DNA of 64,000 bases from Defluviitaleaceae bacterium (GCA_009788055.1 WQSG01000001.1:461-64460); one strand, 5' to 3'; numbered from the stretch's first letter, positions 18,831 to 27,867 are shown. The notes: a model not told the origin generated them from the letters alone. Numbers and translations are program-made.

Positions 18831-19454
18831 ATGACAAGAGATTATGGCAAAGAAATTGACGGTATCAATGCACAGTTGGACGAAATCAAGGATTTATTGA
18901 TGCGGTTCACAAAACAATCGCAAAAGAAAACAGGTGCAAAGTCGCTTCAACACATTGAACCCATGCGTAATATGCACTCCGATAAACGGTTATCGGAGTT
19001 AATGGAAGAAATGTGCGAAAAGGCAGATGGAGAAGGTATTACGGGTTTTATCACCTATTTAGGCGTTTTTGCATCCGGTGGCTGTCAATCAAATTGGATA
19101 AGTAATCAAGTGAATACCGACAGGCTTCTTGCGCTTATCGAAAGCAATATTGCCGTAAAGGTGCTTGCCTGTATCGGCAATAACGATAGATTGAATATGC
19201 TCCTCGCGTTGCTCCATGCCCCAAGAACGGTGGCGCAGCTTGTGGAGGAATGCGGCTACAATACGACAGGGCAAGTTTATCACCACTTAAAGCCGCTTCT
19301 TGCCGCTGATTTGGTAAGAGAGGACGAGAACAGCCGCGGCAGTTATTTAATTCAACCTCACCGTGTTCAAGGCGTTATTATGCTTCTTGCCGGTATCAGC
19401 GATATGCTTGATACAAAATATACGCAAGGTGACTGGGAACAAATTACAGATTGA
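18831..19454 (+). CDS. ArsR-like winged-helix regulator with 120-aa N-terminal extension
   Basis: The C-terminal NDRLNMLLALLHAPRTVAQLVEECGYNTTGQVYHHLKPLLAADLV segment is an ArsR/SmtB-type HTH. RBS AAGGAGG. Confidence 0.6.
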   Translation: MTRDYGKEIDGINAQLDEIKDLLMRFTKQSQKKTGAKSLQHIEPMRNMHSDKRLSELMEEMCEKADGEGITGFITYLGVFASGGCQSNWISNQVNTDRLLALIESNIAVKVLACIGNNDRLNMLLALLHAPRTVAQLVEECGYNTTGQVYHHLKPLLAADLVREDENSRGSYLIQPHRVQGVIMLLAGISDMLDTKYTQGDWEQITD

Positions 19455-19469
19455 CGGATTTTGCTTCAC

Positions 19470-19515
19470 AGAAGTAATGCGAAAAGGTTTTACTTCCCCC
19501 TTTCGCATTACTTCT
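19470..19515 (+). terminator. 15-bp perfect hairpin after the ArsR-like gene (no T-tract)
   Basis: AGAAGTAATGCGAAA-16 nt loop-TTTCGCATTACTTCT. It is followed by CAACTGCC, so intrinsic termination is uncertain. Confidence 0.35.
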
Positions 19516-19547
19516 CAACTGCCTTCATATTATAAGTCCGGGACGTG

Positions 19548-19578
19548 TTGACTCTTCCGCTGGGTAAGCGTTTATGAT
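19548..19578 (+). promoter_or_regulatory. candidate MerR-type promoter with 19-nt spacer
   Basis: TTGACT at 19548-19553, a 19-nt spacer containing the imperfect dyad CTTCCGCTGGGTAAG, and TATGAT at 19573-19578. Confidence 0.4.
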
Positions 19579-19608
19579 ATACAAATCATACAACAAGGGA
19601 GGCAACAC

Positions 19609-21288
19609 ATGAGTAATCTTATTAAAATCCGAGATATGGCATCGAAGTATGATGTATCGGCGCGAACCCTGCGTTACTACGAAGACATGGGGCTAATTTC
19701 CAGCACACGCACCGATGATTATGCGTACCGCCTGTATGACGAGGCGGCGGTGAAAAAGCTGGAACAGATTTTGGTTTTGCGAAAGCTTAACATCAGCATA
19801 AAGGATATCAAGCAAATTTTCAGTGCGTCAGGCTCGCAGATAGTGCTGGAGGTATTGGGCAAAAAGGTGAATGACATTGATGCCGAGGTCGCGCTACTTC
19901 ACGAGTTAAAAAAAATCGTTATGGAATTTATCCGTCAAATAGAAAAATCCGATTTCTCAAATGATTCTCATGTGAAAAAATTATACGAAAAAGCAAAAGA
20001 TATTGAAAACAAAATTGAAAACCCGTTGCAGCATCTTATGGAAGTTACTACGCAGCTGGACAGCAGAAAACTCCCCAATGTTATGGTGGTAAAGCTACCG
20101 AAATTCCGCGCGGTTACATCGGGATGGACAACCGACGAATATTGCGGCGGCGATTTTTGGGAATGGGGCGAAAAAAACAAGCACCTTCTCAAAAATATTG
20201 TTTGGGATAATGACGAGTTTATTCTTGACAAAGAAATTTCTTGTGAAACAAGCGCGTTTATTTTTGCAATCAACGATGACGTAACCCCGTCAGACACCGC
20301 CCCTTATGAAATTATCGAAGTCGAAGGCGGGTTATACGCCACAGCCATATGCGTAGACATGGACGACGACAGCATGACAAGCCTGTATCCGCAAATTTTG
20401 AAATGGCTGGGCGGGACAAACTTCACCCGAGACACCTCACGCGACTTAATGGCGCACGGGCTTTTCACGCACAGCGATGTAAAAAAAGGGCTGGGTTATC
20501 ATCAACTGCAACGATATGTACCTATAAAATTTAACACAGACGGTTGGAAAACCGTGTATTCACTTGCAACAGATGAGGTGATACGGGATTTTAAAATCGG
20601 CACGTCCGCGGGCGGATTTAACACAAATTTTATCGAATCATCAGGCGACCCCACATACACATTTTTGCAAAACGGTATCCATGTCACCAACACTAAACAC
20701 GACTGGGACGGAATTGACATAAATCTTAAAGCACTAAATATACCGCCAAACCACTACTGCGCTGTGGACGTAAGCGGAAAAATCATCGCCGACATTGCAA
20801 CTAAAAGCCGTATGTGGATGGCAGGTATGCCGGGTTACGACTGGCTGGACAGCCATTCTTCCACCGACGGAGAATACTTCCGTCTGCAGCATACCTTCCC
20901 CGTAATCGAAGGCAAACCAATCCCATTTATCAGAGTCGCCGGCATTGCCCACCCTCAAATTTCGCCCTTCATAATAGAAGGTATCGAGGTCACGGTAAAG
21001 CCGTTTACAGAAGCCCCGGGGTACATTGAGTCTGAAAAAATCAAGGTAATCGTTGTGGAGTCGGACACAGATTCGTATTTTGAATTTATCATGCCGAAAA
21101 GTTATAACGGCGACAAAGAAGCCTTCCGCAAAGAAATCTACGACCTTCATCTGGACAAATGGCTAACCATGGACAGCAATAACAAAAAGCAACTCACAGG
21201 CAACCCCGATACATTCCGCCAAGATGAAAACGGCCATCAAGTGCTTATGATAAGCATTGAACAGGATTACAAAAAGGGACTGCGTTAA
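19609..21288 (+). CDS. MerR-family regulator with GyrI-like effector domain and extra 230-aa C-terminal domain
   Basis: N-terminal IRDMASKYDVSARTLRYYEDMGLI HTH and a coiled-coil linker. The mid region looks like a GyrI/AraC-E-bind fold (KLPKFRAVTSGW...GGLYATAIC). The C-terminal part is unrecognised. Confidence 0.75.
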   Translation: MSNLIKIRDMASKYDVSARTLRYYEDMGLISSTRTDDYAYRLYDEAAVKKLEQILVLRKLNISIKDIKQIFSASGSQIVLEVLGKKVNDIDAEVALLHELKKIVMEFIRQIEKSDFSNDSHVKKLYEKAKDIENKIENPLQHLMEVTTQLDSRKLPNVMVVKLPKFRAVTSGWTTDEYCGGDFWEWGEKNKHLLKNIVWDNDEFILDKEISCETSAFIFAINDDVTPSDTAPYEIIEVEGGLYATAICVDMDDDSMTSLYPQILKWLGGTNFTRDTSRDLMAHGLFTHSDVKKGLGYHQLQRYVPIKFNTDGWKTVYSLATDEVIRDFKIGTSAGGFNTNFIESSGDPTYTFLQNGIHVTNTKHDWDGIDINLKALNIPPNHYCAVDVSGKIIADIATKSRMWMAGMPGYDWLDSHSSTDGEYFRLQHTFPVIEGKPIPFIRVAGIAHPQISPFIIEGIEVTVKPFTEAPGYIESEKIKVIVVESDTDSYFEFIMPKSYNGDKEAFRKEIYDLHLDKWLTMDSNNKKQLTGNPDTFRQDENGHQVLMISIEQDYKKGLR

Positions 21289-21295
21289 GCATTTA

Positions 21296-21838
21296 TTATG
21301 CCAAAATCATGTCTGCGATTCGTGTTGCTTCATCGTTTCCTTTTAATAAGCGGAGAAGTTCCAGCGCGAAGTTTATGGAAGTTCCGACGCCTTTGCTTGT
21401 GGTAATGTTGCGGTCTGTAACCGTAGGGTCTTTGGAAATTTTTGCGGCATTAAGTTGCGGTTCGCAAGACGGGTAACACGCGGCGGTTTTGTCTGAAAGA
21501 AAGCCGAGCATTCCAAAAATCGTGGGCGCGGCGCAGATTGCCGCCAAGGGGCGGTTATGCGCGTTGTGTGTGCGCAAAAGTTCCAGAAGCGGCTCGTGTT
21601 CCTTGTAGCTCGTCGTTCCGGGGCCGCCGGGTAAAATTAGCATCGCATTAGAAACATCCGGCAGTTCTTCAAAAATTAAATCTGCCGTTACGCAAATATC
21701 TCGCGAGCCTTTGACAACACGCTCCCCCGTAATCGAAACGCTTGCCGCTTTAACGCCGCCGCGCCGCAAAATATCCAGCGTTGCAATCGCTTCCACCTCT
21801 TCAAAATTTTCGGTTAAAAACATAATTGCTTCATACAT
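21296..21838 (-). CDS. DJ-1/PfpI family protein
   Basis: LILPGGPG and the AAICAAP nucleophile-elbow Cys motif; 180 aa. Confidence 0.8.
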   Translation of the reverse strand: MYEAIMFLTENFEEVEAIATLDILRRGGVKAASVSITGERVVKGSRDICVTADLIFEELPDVSNAMLILPGGPGTTSYKEHEPLLELLRTHNAHNRPLAAICAAPTIFGMLGFLSDKTAACYPSCEPQLNAAKISKDPTVTDRNITTSKGVGTSINFALELLRLLKGNDEATRIADMILA

Positions 21839-21903
21839 TTTTGGTTGCTCCCTTCAGATTTTGCCGCATTTTTCATAAAATATCTTATAACAAAATTTCA
21901 TGC

Positions 21904-21932
21904 TTGACAAACTCTTTTATATGTTGTACTAT
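21904..21932 (+). promoter_or_regulatory. sigma-A promoter for the tRNA pair
   Basis: TTGACA at 21904-21909, a 17-nt spacer, and TACTAT at 21927-21932. It lies about 30 nt upstream of tRNA-Val. Confidence 0.5.
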
Positions 21933-21962
21933 TGCGCCTGTGAAAAACACGAAACACATTTC

Positions 21963-22035
21963 GGGCGCATAGCTCAGCTGGGAGAGCGCCTGCCTTACAA
22001 GCAGGATGTCGGAGGTTCAAGTCCTTCTGCGCCCA
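21963..22035 (+). tRNA. tRNA-Val (anticodon TAC)
   Basis: Manual cloverleaf: acceptor GGGCGCA/TGCGCCC, D stem GCTC/GAGC, anticodon stem CCTGC/GCAGG with loop CTTACAA, and T arm GGAGG-TTCAAGT-CCTTC. CCA is not encoded. Confidence 0.9.
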
Positions 22036-22076
22036 CTAATGCCCCTGCGGGATTCTCTTGCGGGGGCGTGTTTTTC

Positions 22077-22150
22077 GGCGGAATAGCTCAGTTGGCTAGA
22101 GCATACGGTTCATACCCGTAGGGTCGCTGGTTCAAATCCTGCTTCCGCTA
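22077..22150 (+). tRNA. elongator tRNA-Met (anticodon CAT; Ile2-lysidine type not excluded)
   Basis: Acceptor GGCGGAA/TTCCGCT (G1-U72), D stem GCTC/GAGC, anticodon stem TACGG/CCGTA with loop TTCATAC, and T arm GCTGG-TTCAAAT-CCTGC with one U-U mismatch. Confidence 0.8.
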
Positions 22151-22183
22151 GTACATAACTCCGTGTGAGACGCAATCGGGAAG

Positions 22184-24553
22184 ATGGGCTGTTTTATGAA
22201 AAGTAGGCTGGACAACAACAGCAACTTGAATGCCGTAATCAAACAATTGCAAAAAGAAAACAGCGCGTTGAAGATGAAGATTGCGTTGGCGGAAGCGGAT
22301 ATAGCAAAAAAGAATGCGTCTGCCGAAGAAGTGCATTACATGAATTTTATTTTGCAAAACACCACCAACATTTTATTTTTGTTGGATTTGGACAAGAAGT
22401 TTGTGTATGCGTCCAAGATTTTCTTGGAAAAAGTGGGAGTGGAAAGTCTTTCGCTTTTAAGCGGCAAATATTACAAAGACGTTTTAAAAAGCATTTTGGG
22501 TAACAAAAACATGATGCGCCTTTCGGGCGCAATCAGCTTTGGGCTTACGCAAAGCATGACCACCGCCTTGGAGCGCGAGGTGGATAAAGACGGCGAAGCA
22601 AGTACATACACGGCTCATGCGTCCCCGATTATAGACGCTAAGGGACGGCACACGGGCATTTTGGTTCTTCTGGAAGATATCACAGAGATAGACGATGCGA
22701 TTATGGCGGCAAAGCGCGCCAATGACTCACGCGCAAAATTTTTGGCAACCATGAGCCACGAATTGCGCACGCCCATGAACGCAATCATCGGTATTTCCGA
22801 TATCGAGCTGGACAGGGAAGACCATTCTGCCGAAACCAAAAGCGCGTTTGAGAAAATCTACAACTCAGGCAAAACCCTGATGGGCATCATAAATGACGTG
22901 CTGGACCTTTCACAAATGCAAGCGGGCAAGCTGGAACTGTCGCCCGTTAAATATGATGCTGCGATATTTATAAACGATATCATCCGCCTAAACGTGATGC
23001 GGCTTGAAGATAAGGAAATCAACTTCACCGTCAAAATTGCAGAAAATTTGCCCGCCGAATTAATAGGCGATGACCTTCGCGTTAAACAGGCAATAAACAA
23101 TGTGCTGGGTAACGCAATAAAATTCACGGGTACGGGCAGTGTAGTATTTGAGGTGAAGTGCAAAACCACACGCTCAGACGCCGCGCTTACATTTATAGTG
23201 CGCGACACAGGGCAAGGGATGAAGCCCGAACAGCTAAAGGCATTGTTTAGTGACGACTTTACCGCGTACAACCACGAAGCAAACCGCAAATCAAGCGGCG
23301 CAGGGCTTGGCATGGACATCACGCGCAACATACTTGACCTGATGCACGGTAAAATTTCGGCGGAAAGTGACCCCGACATGGGTACGTCTGTTACGATAAA
23401 ATTGGTGCAAAAGATAGTTGACAAGAACAAAGTAATCGGTGCGGAAACCGCCGCAAGTTTGGCAAATTTCAAATTCGGCGGAATGAAACGCGCAAAAATC
23501 GTGCGCGAATTTATGCCATACGGAAGCGTTCTAATCGTTGACGACATGAAAACAAATTTGTTTGTTGCTTCGGGGCTTATGCAACCATACGGTTTGCAAA
23601 TAGACACGGCATTAAGCGGGCGCGAAGCCATAGGCAAAATACGTGACGGCAAAAAATATGACATCATCTTTATGGACCACATGATGCCCGACCTGGACGG
23701 CATGGAAACCACAAAACTTATCCGTGAAGAAAATTACACTTTGCCCGTTATCGCGCTTACCGCAAACGCCGTTGTTGGGCAGGATAAAATCTTTCTTCAA
23801 AACGGTTTTGACGATTTTATTGCAAAACCTATTGACACAACACAATTAAACGATATTCTAAACATATACATCCGCGACAAACAATCCGACGAAACGCTAA
23901 ATACCGCACGGCAAAAAAAAGAACGGGGCGAAGATAAACCCGCACCGTCGTCCCAATCGCCCATAGACAATCTAAAAAAAATAAAAGGGCTGGACGTGGA
24001 CACCGCGTTGGACGCAATGAGCGGCTTACCCGAGTTGTACGTGGACACGGTAAAACTTACAATAAAACTTTTGCCGGAGCGGATACAAAAAATGGACAGC
24101 TACTTGTCCGAGGATATCAAAGCATTTACAATTGAAGTACACGGGCTTAAAAGCGCGCTTAAAAACATTGGCGCATCAAAGCTTGGCAACTACGCCGCAA
24201 AGCTGGAACGCGCCGCACTGGATAACGACACCGCCTACTGCAACGAGAATTATCCCCCGTTTAAAACAGGTCTTACGGAACTGGAAAACGTTTTGCGAAA
24301 CGCGCTTCCCGAAGATAAAACGGAAAAGAAACAGGCAGACAAAACCAATCTTCTGCCTGCGATTGCGGAAGCAAAAACCGCCGCAGAAAGCTACGACCGC
24401 GACGCCGCGCTGGAGATTTTGTCACAGCACACGTCATTTTCATATGATGACGATACGGACGGTTTTCTGAAAGAAATCATATCCGCGCTGGAAGCATTCG
24501 ATTGCGACGGCGCGTTAAACAAACTAAACGAATTAGAGGAGAAATTAAAATGA
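22184..24553 (+). CDS. hybrid sensor histidine kinase (coiled coil-PAS-HisKA-HATPase-REC-Hpt)
   Basis: H-box FLATMSHELRTPMNAIIG, G-boxes DTGQGM / GAGLGM, receiver VLIVDDMKTN..IIFMDHMMPDLDG, and C-terminal Hpt motif EVHGLKSALKNIGA. Confidence 0.85.
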   Translation: MGCFMKSRLDNNSNLNAVIKQLQKENSALKMKIALAEADIAKKNASAEEVHYMNFILQNTTNILFLLDLDKKFVYASKIFLEKVGVESLSLLSGKYYKDVLKSILGNKNMMRLSGAISFGLTQSMTTALEREVDKDGEASTYTAHASPIIDAKGRHTGILVLLEDITEIDDAIMAAKRANDSRAKFLATMSHELRTPMNAIIGISDIELDREDHSAETKSAFEKIYNSGKTLMGIINDVLDLSQMQAGKLELSPVKYDAAIFINDIIRLNVMRLEDKEINFTVKIAENLPAELIGDDLRVKQAINNVLGNAIKFTGTGSVVFEVKCKTTRSDAALTFIVRDTGQGMKPEQLKALFSDDFTAYNHEANRKSSGAGLGMDITRNILDLMHGKISAESDPDMGTSVTIKLVQKIVDKNKVIGAETAASLANFKFGGMKRAKIVREFMPYGSVLIVDDMKTNLFVASGLMQPYGLQIDTALSGREAIGKIRDGKKYDIIFMDHMMPDLDGMETTKLIREENYTLPVIALTANAVVGQDKIFLQNGFDDFIAKPIDTTQLNDILNIYIRDKQSDETLNTARQKKERGEDKPAPSSQSPIDNLKKIKGLDVDTALDAMSGLPELYVDTVKLTIKLLPERIQKMDSYLSEDIKAFTIEVHGLKSALKNIGASKLGNYAAKLERAALDNDTAYCNENYPPFKTGLTELENVLRNALPEDKTEKKQADKTNLLPAIAEAKTAAESYDRDAALEILSQHTSFSYDDDTDGFLKEIISALEAFDCDGALNKLNELEEKLK

Positions 24554-25563
24554 GAAAGTATGACGGAGAAAGATATTACCACAGTATTCCGGGACTGTTA
24601 GTTCCGCGCTCCACAGTATCGGACGAGGTTCACGAGGCAATAAACAAATTCATTGATGTAATTCCGGATTTATCTGCAAAACTGGACGACTGCATCATGA
24701 ACGTGGAAGTTTCGGAAATGCGTGACGCATTTATGAAAGCCATGCACTCGCTTATCAATATGCTCAAATCCATTTACGCAAGGGGGCTTGAAACCGAAGC
24801 CAACCGCTTGCTTAACTGCACCAAAGATGAAAAGATGTTTTCGCTTGCAAAAAAGAATTTCAAACCATTTATAACAGAAACACTGTCTCTTTCCGTTGCA
24901 ATGCAGAAAGCACAAAAGGGCGGTGAAAGCGAAGAGAAATCTGTAAAGGTAAGTAAAATCGAAGTTTACGCAAACACTGCAAAAAGCCTTAACGCCGTTA
25001 GTTCCCTTCTGGAAGACGGCTTTGTAGACCCCGCACGTGTTCTTTTATCCGAACTCTCCACCCACCATCCGGAAACCGTTGTTTTCGCAAATCTGTTGGC
25101 CTTGATTGACAATGGCAAAACCGACGAAGCCAAAGTTATGATTGACACACTGCGTCAAAAATTCAACGAAACACTAAACAAAATGGCAGGAACCGACCTG
25201 AACAAAAAAATTCTTGCCGTGGACGATATGCCGGAAATTCTTTCTTTCGTAAACAACGCGCTAAAGAGCCATTACAAAGTCATTGCCGTACCCGGTGGGC
25301 AAGCCGCGCTAAAAGTTATGGAAACGCAAAAGCCCGACCTTTTCATCCTGGACATAGATATGCCGGGCATGGACGGTTTCGAGCTTGCCGTTCGCATTCG
25401 TCAAATGCAAGAACACGCCACAACCCCAATCATCTTCCTCACAGGCAACTCTTCCCGCGAACACATCGCCAACGCCACACAGGTTGGCGGCAACGAATTC
25501 ATAGTAAAACCCGCCAGCCACGAATACTTGCTTACTAAGGTTGGTAGCTTCTTGAATGAATAA
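24550..25563 (+). CDS. response regulator with C-terminal receiver and N-terminal helical domain
   Basis: ATGA overlap with the hybrid kinase stop, and GAGGAG RBS. Receiver ILAVDDMPEIL..LFILDIDMPGMDG..K at the C-terminus. Confidence 0.75.
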   Translation: MRKYDGERYYHSIPGLLVPRSTVSDEVHEAINKFIDVIPDLSAKLDDCIMNVEVSEMRDAFMKAMHSLINMLKSIYARGLETEANRLLNCTKDEKMFSLAKKNFKPFITETLSLSVAMQKAQKGGESEEKSVKVSKIEVYANTAKSLNAVSSLLEDGFVDPARVLLSELSTHHPETVVFANLLALIDNGKTDEAKVMIDTLRQKFNETLNKMAGTDLNKKILAVDDMPEILSFVNNALKSHYKVIAVPGGQAALKVMETQKPDLFILDIDMPGMDGFELAVRIRQMQEHATTPIIFLTGNSSREHIANATQVGGNEFIVKPASHEYLLTKVGSFLNE

Positions 25564-25580
25564 AATGGAATAAAAAACTC

Positions 25581-25610
25581 AAAGCCGCGCTTAACTTAAT
25601 GCGCGGCTTT
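25581..25610 (+). terminator. hairpin after response regulator gene
   Basis: AAAGCCGCGC-ttaacttaat-GCGCGGCTTT with a weak T-tract. Confidence 0.4.
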
Positions 25611-25630
25611 GTTGAACGGTTGGTGCAGAT

Positions 25631-25945
25631 ATGGATGTAACGTACGAACTGGATGGACAAAAATTTATGTGGAACAGTGCAAAATACAATATCAATAAAG
25701 AAAAGCACGGCATTACGTTTGAGGAAGCGGCTTCTGTTTTTGTGCGCGACAATGTTAAATTTTATGACGATGAAGCACACTCGAACGAGGAAGATAGGAC
25801 TATAGCCGTAGGTTTTAGCGAAAAACTAAGAGTGCTTATGGTGTGCCATTGTTTACGGGAAAGTGACACGGTTATCCGGATATTCTCTGCTCGAAAGGCA
25901 ACGAAATTTGAGGAAAGATTATTACAGGGAGGCAGACGAACATGA
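25631..25945 (+). CDS. brnT: BrnT-family (DUF497) type II toxin
   Basis: The segment FMWNSAKYNINKEKHGITFEEAASVF..D..H...E.R matches the BrnT signature (FEWD..K...N..KHG..F.EA..VF). Confidence 0.75.
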   Translation: MDVTYELDGQKFMWNSAKYNINKEKHGITFEEAASVFVRDNVKFYDDEAHSNEEDRTIAVGFSEKLRVLMVCHCLRESDTVIRIFSARKATKFEERLLQGGRRT

Positions 25946-26148
25946 AAACGGAATACGACGTTAGAACCCTGAAAGAAAAACCCCATCCGCTGCAAACAAA
26001 AATTGATAGTGGTGAGATAACACTAAAGAACACATTTGACATCCCAAGTGAGGAATTTGAAAAAAAATTACTTCAACTGAGTGCTGATGAACGTAAATTG
26101 GCGTTAATGTATTGGAACGCTAATCACAAAACGCAGAGGATGGTTTAG
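25942..26148 (+). CDS. putative BrnA-like antitoxin
   Basis: ATGA overlap with brnT. The N-terminus MKTEYDVRTLKEKPHP resembles BrnA (MK.EYDFS....NP). The rest is divergent. Confidence 0.5.
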   Translation: MKTEYDVRTLKEKPHPLQTKIDSGEITLKNTFDIPSEEFEKKLLQLSADERKLALMYWNANHKTQRMV

Positions 26149-26164
26149 CCGTTCTCTGCGTTTT
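26128..26164 (+). terminator. intrinsic terminator after brnTA
   Basis: AAAACGCAGAG-15 nt-CTCTGCGTTTT. Confidence 0.5.
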
Positions 26165-26246
26165 GCATTTATAAAAATTGTCTAAAATGGCAATCGGATA
26201 CATAAACATGGTATACTATTTCAAAAAGTTCATAGGGGCGGGATAA

Positions 26247-27401
26247 ATGGAAGCTTCGCATTTATTTTTGGCTATCGCGCTGATACTTCTGTCTACGAAG
26301 TTGTTTTCGCTTTTCATGCAGAAGATTCATTTGCCGCAGGTTGTAGGGGCGTTGGCGGCGGGAATTTTGCTTGGGCCTGCGGTGTTTAATTTGATGCAAC
26401 CATGCGAGTCTATTTCCACATTGGCAGAGATGGGGGTTATTTTTCTGCTGTTTTCGGCAGGGATGGAGACGGATTTTGGAAAATTGAAAGAGTCGCTGGG
26501 GTCATCGTTTTTGATATCGGTGCTTGGTGTGGGGCTTGCGCTGGGCGGCGGATTTTTGGCGGCATTTGCGTTCGGAAAGCCGTCCTTTGAAAGCTTTTTT
26601 GTGGGCGTTGTGATTGCGTCTATGTCTACCAGCATTACGGTTGAGGCACTAAATGAAATGGGCAAGCTGAAAACGAAAACGGGCACGGCAATCTTGGGCG
26701 CGTCTTTGTTTGACGATATTTTTGTAATTGTTATTCTTGCGGTGGTTGTGGGAATGCGCACGGGAACGGATGGGTTTTCTGTTGCGTCTGTGGCGTTTTT
26801 GCTGGTGCGGATTGCGGTGTTTTTTGTGTTTGCAATCGGCGCGGGGTGGTGCGTGAACAAGCTGTTCAACAAAATGTACGAGAAAAGCGGACGCAAAGGG
26901 CGGTTTTCTATTTTTGCCGTGGCGTACTGTTTTATCATGGCGTTTGCGGCGGAACAGTTTGGACTTGCGGATATCACGGGCGCGTATATCGCAGGGATTG
27001 CGTTCAGCAATACCCGTTGCGTAGAACTTTTGGAAACAAAAACGCACACCCTTTCCTATATGCTTTTTACGCCTGTTTTTTTGGCGAACATCGGCTTGCA
27101 AACAAGCTTTGGCGGCATCACGGGCGATGTGCTTATTTTCACGGCGGTGCTTGCACTTGTTGCCATTTTCTCCAAGGTAATCGGTTGCGGTTTGGGCGCG
27201 AAATTATGTAAGTTCACCACCAAGGAAAGCCTGCAAGTCGGTTTCGGAATGGTGGCGCGTGGCGAAGTCTCCTTCGTTGTGGTGAACAAGGGTATTCTCG
27301 CGGGCATTGTAAGTGCCGCGCTGTTCCCCAGTGTGATTATCGTTGTGCTTGTGACGGTGCTTGTCGCGCCGCTTATGTTGAAGTGGGCGTACCGCGATTA
27401 A
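26247..27401 (+). CDS. cation:proton antiporter (CPA2 / Na_H exchanger family)
   Basis: About 11-12 TM segments. The N-terminal LPQVVGALAAGILLGP and later LLFSAGMETD motifs are typical of KefB/NapA-type exchangers. Confidence 0.8.
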   Translation: MEASHLFLAIALILLSTKLFSLFMQKIHLPQVVGALAAGILLGPAVFNLMQPCESISTLAEMGVIFLLFSAGMETDFGKLKESLGSSFLISVLGVGLALGGGFLAAFAFGKPSFESFFVGVVIASMSTSITVEALNEMGKLKTKTGTAILGASLFDDIFVIVILAVVVGMRTGTDGFSVASVAFLLVRIAVFFVFAIGAGWCVNKLFNKMYEKSGRKGRFSIFAVAYCFIMAFAAEQFGLADITGAYIAGIAFSNTRCVELLETKTHTLSYMLFTPVFLANIGLQTSFGGITGDVLIFTAVLALVAIFSKVIGCGLGAKLCKFTTKESLQVGFGMVARGEVSFVVVNKGILAGIVSAALFPSVIIVVLVTVLVAPLMLKWAYRD

Positions 27402-27840
27402 CACGATTCTTCAAAATATGCGTCGAGGGAAGAATAAAACATATTTGAAGCATTGCGGCATACAGCGCGGAGACAAATGTGATTGCAAGCATAGGCCCGA
27501 TATTGGCGGGGTCGTCTAATGTACCCAAAATAATAATCAACGCGCCTAACACTTGGAAAACCGCCGTGTAATTTATCACCTTCCCGGAAAGAGCCAACAG
27601 GCGCAAGCCCTTTTCAACATCCTCCTCCGAAATTACATACTTCTTGGAAAAAATCGCGTTCGCCGTTTTCACAAACGTCCTAAATTCCCCCGTGGTAAAG
27701 TACACCGCAAACAGCACCACCATGAACACAAAAAGCGTCGGCGCGTCTATGAACCAAAAAATATAATCCATCCCCGACACAGTTAGCGCAAACATCAGCA
27801 CCATAGGCAGTACAATAAAAATTCCCAGTGCGTGTTTCAT
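27373..27840 (-). CDS. short MotA/TolQ/ExbB-like proton-channel family protein, no MotB/ExbD partner nearby
   Basis: The C-terminal LDDPANIGPMLAITFVSALYAAMLQICFILP resembles the conserved MotA/ExbB channel helices. 155 aa. The 3' end overlaps the convergent antiporter gene by 29 nt. Confidence 0.45.
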   Translation of the reverse strand: MKHALGIFIVLPMVLMFALTVSGMDYIFWFIDAPTLFVFMVVLFAVYFTTGEFRTFVKTANAIFSKKYVISEEDVEKGLRLLALSGKVINYTAVFQVLGALIIILGTLDDPANIGPMLAITFVSALYAAMLQICFILPSTHILKNRVNRGTPTST

Positions 27841-27867
27841 AGAATCATCTCCCTAAATTTAAAAGAT

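Noticed and set aside
21900-22121. 73-aa ORF overlapping both tRNA genes.
   Set aside because: The sequence folds into two canonical tRNA cloverleaves, so the ORF is incidental.
21963-22150. tRNA genes as an integration hotspot for a genomic island.
   Set aside because: No integrase, direct repeat of the tRNA 3' end, or compositional break is visible downstream. The next genes are ordinary signalling genes.
22858-23712. 284-aa minus-strand ORF opposite the hybrid kinase, and the 240-aa ORF at 26327-27049 opposite the antiporter.
   Set aside because: They are antisense to genes with clear catalytic or TM signatures and have no independent signals.
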